A stretch of DNA of 24,000 nt from Rickettsiales bacterium Ac37b (GTDB taxonomy: Bacteria; Pseudomonadota; Alphaproteobacteria; Rickettsiales; Arcanibacteraceae). The stretch covers positions 724,662-748,661 of the forward strand of contig CP009217.2 of assembly GCA_000746585.2 (NCBI GenBank), in the 5' to 3' direction. Under the pieces are notes generated by a model that saw nothing but the letters and a program-made list of their open reading frames with translations, had not been told where the DNA came from and did not search any database. Both the position numbers and the translations under genes were made by a program. Within the stretch, counting starts at the first letter, position 1, and every line of letters begins with the position of its first letter. Below are positions 17,463 through 24,000 of the stretch, piece after piece.

Positions 17463-18472
17463 AATGGCCACACAGCTTTAGGCACTACATTTAAATTATC
17501 TATTAAACCTAGTTTCAGCCTTTCTATACCTACCCATCCTATCATTGCAGCATTATCAGTACATAATTCGATGGGAGGTACTAATAATTGAAAATTATTC
17601 TTAGTGGCAAGAGTTGACAACCTATCTCTAATAAATCTATTTGATGCCACTCCTCCTGCTATTACCAATGAATTAATTGAGGGATAATACTTATTACAAT
17701 ACTCCAAAGCATTACTTAACCGATCTTCTAAAATTTCTGTTACTGTATATTGAAAAGAAGCACAAATATCACAAATATCTTGTTTTTCTAGTATCTCAAA
17801 AGTATCTACTGTACGCTTTACAGCTGTTTTTAGACCAGAAAATGAAAAATTACAGTTTGGCGTACCTCGTAAAGAACGAGGGAATGAAAATCTTAAATTA
17901 TCACCATACTCTGCATACTTCTCAATATTAGGTCCTCCTGGATAACTTAATTTTAACATTTTAGCTACTTTATCAAATGCCTCTCCCAGCGCATCATCAA
18001 GCGTAGTACCTAATTGCTGATATGAACCAACATTTTTGACAATTAAAATTTGGCAATGCCCACCTGAAATTAGTAACAACAAAAAAGGAAACTCTACATC
18101 ACTTGTAAGCCTTACACTTAAAGCATGTCCTTCCAAATGATTTACTGCAATTAAAGGTTTATTAATAACAGAAGCAATACCCTTAGCCGTCATCAGACCA
18201 ACTATTAACCCTCCAATAAGGCCAGGTCCTGTAGTAACTGATATAGCATCCAATGCTTCTAAACCAAGATTTGCTTGTTTTAAACTTTGCAAAATTAGGG
18301 TATCTAATTTTTCCATGTGCATACGTGCAGCAATTTCAGGCACTACCCCTCCGTAAGGACTATGCTCTGTAAGCTGAGAGTTTACTAAATTAGAAATAAT
18401 TTCTTTTTTATCGCTGATAATAGCTACCGCAGTTTCATCACAACTGCTTTCAATACCTAAAACTTTAATCAA
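17459..18472 (-). CDS. tsaD: tRNA N6-threonylcarbamoyladenosine synthase TsaD (Gcp/Kae1 family)
   Basis: 337-aa ORF with MIKVLGIESSCDETAVAI, the metal-binding motif NHLEGHA, LLLISGGHCQ and GGVASN. Confidence 0.95.
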   Translation of the reverse strand: MIKVLGIESSCDETAVAIISDKKEIISNLVNSQLTEHSPYGGVVPEIAARMHMEKLDTLILQSLKQANLGLEALDAISVTTGPGLIGGLIVGLMTAKGIASVINKPLIAVNHLEGHALSVRLTSDVEFPFLLLLISGGHCQILIVKNVGSYQQLGTTLDDALGEAFDKVAKMLKLSYPGGPNIEKYAEYGDNLRFSFPRSLRGTPNCNFSFSGLKTAVKRTVDTFEILEKQDICDICASFQYTVTEILEDRLSNALEYCNKYYPSINSLVIAGGVASNRFIRDRLSTLATKNNFQLLVPPIELCTDNAAMIGWVGIERLKLGLIDNLNVVPKAVWPL

Positions 18473-18732
18473 TATATTACCTTAATGAATATTTAGATGG
18501 TGCATATTTTTATTGTTATTTACGTGATTTTATTATATTTGTATATAGCAAATATGATGCTATATTACAACAACACTATCATAATTTTACCACATTAAGT
18601 TAAAATATTATATAATAGTTATTGATTATAAATGTTATTTATGATAAAAGTCTGGGCAAAGTTCAAAAATGTATCTAGGATACTAGATCAATAATTATTG
18701 AATCAACCTCTTTTATTTATGGAGTTTATTAT

Positions 18733-19365
18733 ATGAAAAAGTTTTTAGTAGGATGTGCAATTAGTACATCATTATTAGCTTTCAGTGGTGTTGCTTCTGC
18801 TCAAGAAATAACACGTGAAGGTTCTGTGTTTACAAAAATTGGTGTACAAGGCATATTCCCTACAGCTGAAAATAAAAGCAAAGATGCTGCTGGTAATGTA
18901 GCTAAAAAATCAAAATTTAAAAATGCTGTTGGCGTTGAATTAGCTGGTACATATTTCTTCACCGATAATTTTGCTGCTGAGCTAGGTGTTAGCTATACAC
19001 AATACAAATTAAAAAATGTAGTTGGTAGTACAGACACATTAAAAACCAATGCGGTACCTGTTACTTTAATGTTACAATACCATACTCCTACTTTTGGTTT
19101 TGCTAGCCCATATGTAGGTGCTGGTTACAGCTATGCTTTCTTACAAAGCAAAAAAAATAAAGAATCAACTGTAAAAAGAAAAGCTAAAAATGTATCTGCT
19201 CCAGTATTACAAGTTGGTAGTAATTTTGACTTAGGCGAAAGCTTTGGTTTAAATTTAGATGTAAAACAATTCTGGTTAAAACCAAAATATAAAGTTGCAG
19301 ATAAAAAGGAAAAATATAAAATGAACCCTACAGTTGTGACTTTAGGTGTAACTTATAAGTTCTAG
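18733..19365 (+). CDS. OmpW-family outer-membrane beta-barrel protein, paralog 1
   Basis: 210 aa. The signal peptide ends ASAQE. VPVTLMLQYHTPTFGFASPYVGAGYSY parallels E. coli OmpW LPPTLMAQWYF...RPYVGAGINY. The C-terminal NPTVVTLGVTYKF ends in an aromatic residue, parallel to DPWVFMFSAGYRF. A GGAG SD lies 8 nt upstream. Confidence 0.8.
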   Translation: MKKFLVGCAISTSLLAFSGVASAQEITREGSVFTKIGVQGIFPTAENKSKDAAGNVAKKSKFKNAVGVELAGTYFFTDNFAAELGVSYTQYKLKNVVGSTDTLKTNAVPVTLMLQYHTPTFGFASPYVGAGYSYAFLQSKKNKESTVKRKAKNVSAPVLQVGSNFDLGESFGLNLDVKQFWLKPKYKVADKKEKYKMNPTVVTLGVTYKF

Positions 19366-19395
19366 TCTTCAACACTAAATTTTTTATTTTACTTT

Positions 19396-19432
19396 AAAAA
19401 CCGGTATGTATAATTATATGCCGGTTTTTTTT
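19396..19432 (+). terminator. Rho-independent terminator after OmpW paralog 1
   Basis: The sequence is AAAAA-CCGGTAT-(10 nt loop)-ATGCCGG-TTTTTTTT. The 7-bp GC-rich stem has one G-U and is followed by a T8 run. The A5 run upstream makes it potentially bidirectional. Confidence 0.75.
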
Positions 19433-19567
19433 ATCACCCATAATAGATACATACATCTAAACTCTAACTTTTAAAATTCACTACTGTGATATTTTTGCAT
19501 CTCATTTTGGAAACTAAGCTATTTTTCCAATTTAATTAAACGTTTATTCTAAGCGTAATAATTTATA

Positions 19568-19576
19568 TGTTATAAT
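19568..19576 (+). promoter_or_regulatory. Candidate extended -10 promoter element for OmpW paralog 2
   Basis: TGtTATAAT lies about 35 nt upstream of the ATG. There is no good -35. TATAAT-like hexamers are common in sequence this AT-rich. Confidence 0.3.
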
Positions 19577-19610
19577 TTCTATATATTGATATCACCACTA
19601 TAGGGAGCAT

Positions 19611-20345
19611 ATGATGAATAAATTATTAACAGGTTGTGCGATAAGCACAGTGTTGCTTACATTAGGTAGCGGAGTATCTGCTCAAGAAATAACACGTGAA
19701 GGTAACATATTAACAAAACTAGGAGTGCAAGGCATATTTCCAACAACTCATTCTAAATATACAGTAGAAAATCATCCTGTATTTAAAAATAAATTCAAAA
19801 ATTCTGCAGGTGTAGAACTATCTGCCGGCTATTTCTTTACGGATAACTTTGCTGCAGATTTAAGCGTAGGATATACAGAATATAAATTAAAAAATAATAG
19901 CTTTAAAGATGCTCTAATTATGGAAGCATTAGGAGAAGTACCAGCTAACTTTAACAGCTCTATTAAAACTAAAGCATTCCCTGTAACATTAATGTTACAA
20001 TATCACACACCAACTTATGGCGCTTTTCAACCATATGTAGGAGCGGGTTATAGCTATAATTTCTTTAAAAATAAACATACTTACACTTATGAAGATATCT
20101 TTATGAAGGCCACTTTTAGAGTGAAACCTAAAAATGTAGGTACTCCAGTTATACAAGTGGGTAGCAATTTTGATTTAGGACAAAATCTAGGTGTAAATTT
20201 TGATGTAAAATATTCTTGGTTGAGACCTAAATATAAACTTTCTTCTGAAACTACTACTCTTTTAAGATCAATCTCTGAGTATAAAACTTATAAAGCTAAA
20301 ATGAACCCTGTGGTAGTTACACTTGGTTTAACCTATAAGTTCTAG
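19611..20345 (+). CDS. OmpW-family outer-membrane beta-barrel protein, paralog 2
   Basis: 244 aa. The signal peptide ends VSAQE. It shares the conserved blocks of paralog 1 (GVQGIFPT, FFTDNFAA, PVTLMLQYHTPTYGAFQPYVGAGYSY, QVGSNFDLG, NPVVVTLGLTYKF). An AGGGAG SD is present. The ORF has tandem ATG ATG, so the start could be 19614. Confidence 0.8.
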   Translation: MMNKLLTGCAISTVLLTLGSGVSAQEITREGNILTKLGVQGIFPTTHSKYTVENHPVFKNKFKNSAGVELSAGYFFTDNFAADLSVGYTEYKLKNNSFKDALIMEALGEVPANFNSSIKTKAFPVTLMLQYHTPTYGAFQPYVGAGYSYNFFKNKHTYTYEDIFMKATFRVKPKNVGTPVIQVGSNFDLGQNLGVNFDVKYSWLRPKYKLSSETTTLLRSISEYKTYKAKMNPVVVTLGLTYKF

Positions 20346-20357
20346 CATTTATTAGTG

Positions 20358-20382
20358 TTAAGAGAGAGACACTCTCTCTTAA
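20358..20382 (+). terminator. Stem-loop after OmpW paralog 2 (possible terminator)
   Basis: TTAAGAGAGAG-ACA-CTCTCTCTTAA forms a perfect 11-bp stem with a 3-nt loop, 13 nt after the stop. No clean U tract follows. Confidence 0.45.
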
Positions 20383-20420
20383 CCTTGCCTTACTTTTCCT
20401 AAAAGCTCACCCATTTTATC

Positions 20421-20449
20421 TTGACGGAGTATTATAATTTATCTATAAA
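20421..20449 (+). promoter_or_regulatory. Candidate sigma70-type promoter for OmpW paralog 3
   Basis: TTGACG (20421-20426), a 17-nt spacer, then TATAAA (20444-20449). It lies about 40 nt upstream of the ATG at 20491. Confidence 0.4.
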
Positions 20450-20490
20450 ATATTAAGTTTTTTAATCTATTGTAATTATTTGAGATATAT

Positions 20491-21267
20491 ATGAAAAAAC
20501 TATTAACTATAACTGCTATAACTCTGTTATTAGCATTCTCTAATACTTTATTTGCGCAAGAATTAGATCGCACAGGAAGTATTTTAACAAAACTTGGTGT
20601 GCAAGGATATTTTCCAACAGCTCACGAAAATATAAAAGATTCTCATGGTGATTTGATAATAGATCGTGATGATAGAATTTTTAAAAATAAATTTAAAAAT
20701 GCTATAGGAGCTGAATTTTCTGCTAGTTATTTTTTAACTAACAATTTTGCTGCTGAGCTAGGAATAAGCTATACTGAATATAAGGCAGCCTCTCATAGTT
20801 TTCCTGATGCATTTACATATTTATACTCAAGGGACGGTACACCTAAAATCTCTACCACACTTAAAATTAAATCTATTCCTGTAAACTTTATACTACAATA
20901 TCATACACCTACTTTAGGTATCTTCCAACCATATGTAGGGGCTGGTTACAGCTATGCTTTTTTAAAAGGAAATCATTATTATAAAACACCTATAATATCA
21001 GAGATACAATTTTTAGATAAAATAAGGATCAAATCTAAGGATGCCCATGGCCCTGTAGCTCAAATTGGTAGTAATTTTGACTTAGGTAATAATTTTGGTC
21101 TAAATGTTGATGTAAAATATTTTTGGCTAAAACCTAGATATACAATATCCGCAGACCGTAGCATTTATGTTTTTGGGAAAGAATCTAATTATCACTCATT
21201 ATCGCGTAGCTACAAAACTAAATTGAACCCTGTAACGGTTACACTTGGCTTAAATTATAGATTTTAA
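20491..21267 (+). CDS. OmpW-family outer-membrane beta-barrel protein, paralog 3
   Basis: 258 aa. The signal peptide ends LFAQE. It shares the conserved blocks GVQGYFPT, FKNKFKN, NNFAAELGISYTEYK, LQYHTPTLGIFQPYVGAGYSYAFL, QIGSNFDLG, DVKYFWLKPRY and NPVTVTLGLNYRF. Confidence 0.8.
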   Translation: MKKLLTITAITLLLAFSNTLFAQELDRTGSILTKLGVQGYFPTAHENIKDSHGDLIIDRDDRIFKNKFKNAIGAEFSASYFLTNNFAAELGISYTEYKAASHSFPDAFTYLYSRDGTPKISTTLKIKSIPVNFILQYHTPTLGIFQPYVGAGYSYAFLKGNHYYKTPIISEIQFLDKIRIKSKDAHGPVAQIGSNFDLGNNFGLNVDVKYFWLKPRYTISADRSIYVFGKESNYHSLSRSYKTKLNPVTVTLGLNYRF

Positions 21268-21279
21268 TATTGCTTATAT

Positions 21280-21305
21280 AGTAGGAAGTCATAAAACTTC
21301 CTACT
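21280..21305. terminator. Stem-loop between convergent OmpW paralog 3 and the 72-aa ORF (possible bidirectional terminator)
   Basis: AGTAGGAAGT-CATAAA-ACTTCCTACT forms a perfect 10-bp stem with a 6-nt loop. It lies 13 nt after the paralog 3 stop and 25 nt after the minus-strand ORF stop. U tracts are weak on both sides. Confidence 0.45.
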
Positions 21306-21329
21306 TTCCACAACCTTACCATAGTTATA

Positions 21330-21548
21330 CTAATCTGTTTGATCACTATCTAATGCCCCTATCACTCTAAGATAGTCCATATTATCCGGTTGTTCACACT
21401 CCGATTTTATTAGTTTAGCTCGCTCGATTAATATTTCTTTGGTAGGATACATCATAAGTGGTTGTGATAGAATCTTTTGTACATCATGTAAATATGCTGC
21501 TTCGCATAAAACCTTCCGTATAGATGCTGCCTCTTTAGTTATAATCAT
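21330..21548 (-). CDS. Hypothetical protein (72 aa, acidic C-terminus)
   Basis: Open frame with a good SD (AGGGAG, 8 nt before the ATG) and a hairpin downstream. I recognise no motif. It is on the opposite strand, inside the OmpW array. Confidence 0.45.
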   Translation of the reverse strand: MIITKEAASIRKVLCEAAYLHDVQKILSQPLMMYPTKEILIERAKLIKSECEQPDNMDYLRVIGALDSDQTD

Positions 21549-21731
21549 TTTATATCTCCCTATATTAATTTATTAATATAACTACTTCAAATTTATTAGT
21601 AATAATATATATTCTTAACACTAATATAAATTGATTGAGATATATACCCATAATTTATTACTTTATTGACTTTCTTATTAACACACTGTATATCTTTTGC
21701 AATACAATACAAATTCACTACAAAAAATTAT

Positions 21732-22516
21732 ATGAAATACCTTCTAAAAATATGCCTTAATTTTATTGCCCTATTATTAAATTTTTTTATTTTACTGAGG
21801 CTCAGGCACTAGAACTTAAAGGAAAAACAGCTATAAAATTTGGCATACAAAATACTTTTCCTACTAAAACAACTATTACTAAAGATAACACAGGCAAAAT
21901 TTTTATCTCTGAACAAGGAAATATTTTTAATACACGATTTAAACATAATGTAGGAACAGAAATTTCTGCTATTTATTGGTTGAGTAATAACATTTCTACT
22001 GAAATAAGCACAAGTTATATCACATACAAAGCATATGAGAATAATTTCAAAGATGCTATAGTTAATGAAATGTTTGGTAGTCTATTTCCAGAATTTCAAA
22101 CACCAATTAAAATTAAATCTTTTCCTATAATTCTTACATTACAGTATCATACACCTAATTTAGGCATAGTTAATCCATATATTGGGCTAGGTTATGGGTA
22201 TATGTTTTTAAAAGGTAATAAATATTATAATTACATAGACCATAATATATGGTACTCAGAAACAGCAATGCTTACTATTAAAACTAAAAACGCCCATAGC
22301 CCTGTATTCCAAATTGGCAGTAATATTTATTTATATTCTAATATAGCTTTTAATATTGATATAAAGTACTTTTTACTGAAGCCTAAATATGATATGGCAT
22401 TTTCTAATGATATATATAACCATAATAAAAAAATCATTTCATATTTAGGATCTAAACGTGATAAATTAAAAATAAATCCTATCAATATTACTGTAGGACT
22501 TACCTATACATTTTAA
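21732..22516 (+). pseudogene. OmpW-family paralog 4, frame-broken between signal peptide and mature domain (pseudogene or phase-off allele)
   Basis: The ATG at 21732 encodes MKYLLKICLNFIALLLNFF and then hits TAG at 21810. A second frame is open from 21761 and reads ..YFTEAQALELKGKTAIKFGIQNTFPT.., running without interruption into the track ORF 21980..22516 (LQYHTPNLGIVNPYIGLGYGY, QIGSN, INPINITVGLTYTF). One extra T in the T7 run at 21782-21788 would fuse the two frames. Confidence 0.7.
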
Positions 22517-23487
22517 TACCAATTCTTCTTTTTAAAATATCTATATGGTATCCAAGCAGAGATTAGCATTAATATTAACGCCATTGGATAACCAGCTGCC
22601 CATTTTAACTCAGGCATTACTTCAAAATTCATCCCATATATACTTGCTATTAAGGTTGGAGGCGTAAATATTACTGTGACCACCGAAAATATTTTTATAA
22701 TATTATTTTGTTCTATATTAATTAACCCTAAAGTAGCATCTAATAAAAAATTAACCTTACCTGCCAAGAAAGTGGCATGATCTCTAAGGGCATCTATATC
22801 CTTCAAAAACATTTTTATATGAGATGCAAATATCCTATGTTTTTCTACTAATTCAGTTTGTAATAAAAAAGTTATCGCTCTATGGATGGTTAAAAGAGTC
22901 TCGCGTGCCTTAGAAACCGAATTACCAATATTACTAATATCTTTCAATAACACTTTATAACTGATTTTTTTATCTGCAAGAGCAGGCGCAACAACATTGT
23001 TATTTTTCTCTTCTAAATGATGATCTATTGTTTCAAGAAAGCTAGAAATATAATTGAGAATATTTTCCAACATCATTGCTAATAATGAGAAACACTCATT
23101 TTCACCTGCTATATGCTTCATTTCTATATTAGATAAAATATCATTAAATAACCCTGATTCTAATTCTCGTATTGTAATTAAAATATTTTTTATAACGACA
23201 AACGTAATATTATAAGCTCTTAAGTCATCTATATTATCTTCATTACTGACATGCAAAGTAATGGTAATAAATATAGCATCATATTTTTCATATAACCTAT
23301 TGGAGATAGAACTACTCTGAACTTCTTTATATACAGGTAAGTCTAAGTTAAAATATCTCTCTAACTTTATCTCTTCTTCAGATGATATATTGGGTAAATC
23401 AATCCAAACAGTATTTTCAGGTATATTTTGATCGAGCGACATCACTTCCTTCGTAATAGTATGATGTGATTTTGTATATATAATCAT
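22513..23487 (-). CDS. corA: CorA-family magnesium/cobalt transporter
   Basis: 324-aa ORF. Two C-terminal TM helices flank the signature YGMNF (IASIYGMNFEVMPELKW). The C-terminal tail is basic. Confidence 0.88.
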   Translation of the reverse strand: MIIYTKSHHTITKEVMSLDQNIPENTVWIDLPNISSEEEIKLERYFNLDLPVYKEVQSSSISNRLYEKYDAIFITITLHVSNEDNIDDLRAYNITFVVIKNILITIRELESGLFNDILSNIEMKHIAGENECFSLLAMMLENILNYISSFLETIDHHLEEKNNNVVAPALADKKISYKVLLKDISNIGNSVSKARETLLTIHRAITFLLQTELVEKHRIFASHIKMFLKDIDALRDHATFLAGKVNFLLDATLGLINIEQNNIIKIFSVVTVIFTPPTLIASIYGMNFEVMPELKWAAGYPMALILMLISAWIPYRYFKKKNWY

Positions 23488-23574
23488 TAGTATTACCCTT
23501 CAGTTTTTTATGGGACCACTTTTAATGCTATACAATATTTCTTTACTTTTTCTTAAGGAAAAAACTATAGTTTA

Positions 23575-23907
23575 TTAAAGTAATGCTTGTAGTTTCATTT
23601 CATTGAAAAGCTGCGCATCATACTGCACAGCTATACTATCCAATTTATTGAATTTTATTCGATTACCTATATAATATACTTTCTTAAAACCCATTCTAAA
23701 AGCAGCTTGAACCGCATATGCATTATCCGATACGTTACAAATAAAAACATAATTATATTGTGCTGATTTTTCTGCAAGCATTTTGATATATCCTAGCCCA
23801 AGATAATTAACACTATTATCCTTATTCATTAAGATAATTTGAGATGTATTACCGTATAAGCTATATATTCTTGCTATATCATTTACATTTAAGATTTCAA
23901 CAAACAT
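23575..23907 (-). CDS. Hypothetical protein (110 aa), weak GNAT-acetyltransferase-like motif pattern
   Basis: Open frame whose ATG lies 8 nt upstream of the pgk stop (11-nt overlap). [14 protein letters not shown]...[23 protein letters not shown] resembles GNAT motif A/B (xxGxG ... N..A...Y...GF). The protein is short for a full GNAT fold, so the function call is tentative. Confidence 0.5.
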   Translation of the reverse strand: MFVEILNVNDIARIYSLYGNTSQIILMNKDNSVNYLGLGYIKMLAEKSAQYNYVFICNVSDNAYAVQAAFRMGFKKVYYIGNRIKFNKLDSIAVQYDAQLFNEMKLQALL

Positions 23908-24000
23908 TATTATATAACACTTCTATGCCAGGTAGCTTATCTCCTTGCAGCCATTCCAAAAATGCTCCTCCTCCCGTTGAAATATATGAAAATCCTTCCG
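23897..24000 (-). CDS. pgk: Phosphoglycerate kinase, 3' end (partial, continues beyond the window)
   Basis: The reverse-complement translation [33 protein letters not shown] matches the conserved Pgk C-terminus (E. coli [22 protein letters not shown]). It is below the size cutoff of the ORF track. Confidence 0.85.
   Translation of the reverse strand, partial: EGFSYISTGGGAFLEWLQGDKLPGIEVLYNNVC

Noticed and set aside
17677-17931. 84-aa plus-strand ORF
   Set aside because: It is antisense within tsaD.
18673-18688. Inverted repeat ATCTAG-GATA-CTAGAT, 45-60 nt upstream of OmpW paralog 1, as a possible operator
   Set aside because: The arms are only 6 bp, it is not repeated upstream of the other paralogs, and a repeat like this is expected by chance in a window of this size.
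21980-21982. TTG at 21980 as the true start of OmpW paralog 4 (as in the ORF track)
   Set aside because: The frame is open and homologous to paralogs 1-3 for a further 73 codons upstream (from 21761). A start at 21980 would remove the signal peptide and the first strands of the barrel.
1-24000. Scan for CRISPR arrays, IS elements or transposases, tRNA/rRNA genes, toxin-antitoxin pairs and known defence-system signatures
   Set aside because: I saw no regularly spaced repeats, no transposase- or integrase-like ORFs other than xerD, no RNA-gene-like GC-rich structured segments, and no small paired ORFs typical of TA modules. By-eye scanning cannot exclude small ncRNAs.

Overview
This is an AT-rich bacterial chromosomal window (about 70% A+T by eye). 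The protein signatures point to a reduced alphaproteobacterium of the Rickettsiales type: a long Rickettsia-type Icd with a C-terminal extension, TlyC, CyaY, OmpW-family proteins and a PAS-GGDEF protein. About 25 genes are tightly packed, and several pairs have start/stop junctions that touch or overlap. Most of the window is housekeeping. On the minus strand: fabG-acpP-fabF-mltG, icd, cyaY plus an ABCB-type half-transporter, obg, tlyC-aroK, tsaD-miaA, corA, and the 3' end of pgk. On the plus strand: a class A PBP and xerD. Four parts look accessory. (1) A secreted AA10 lytic polysaccharide monooxygenase (chitin-binding type) sits convergent with a stand-alone PAS-GGDEF cyclase. (2) A 100-aa orphan gene downstream of xerD is bracketed by a perfect 15-bp direct repeat and preceded by a 391-bp ORF-free spacer. 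(3) Four tandem OmpW-family outer-membrane protein paralogs differ mainly in four discrete segments. The fourth copy is separated from its own signal peptide by a frame break at a T7 tract, and a 72-aa orphan lies on the opposite strand inside the array. (4) A 110-aa ORF overlaps the pgk stop codon. I found no tRNA or rRNA, CRISPR array, transposase, prophage, toxin-antitoxin pair or recognisable defence system. I do not see a convincing multi-gene novel system. The best leads are the OmpW array with its possible on/off copy, the LPMO, and an AroK-like kinase that seems to lack both shikimate-binding arginines. All functional calls rest on motif recognition by eye, and no searches were run.
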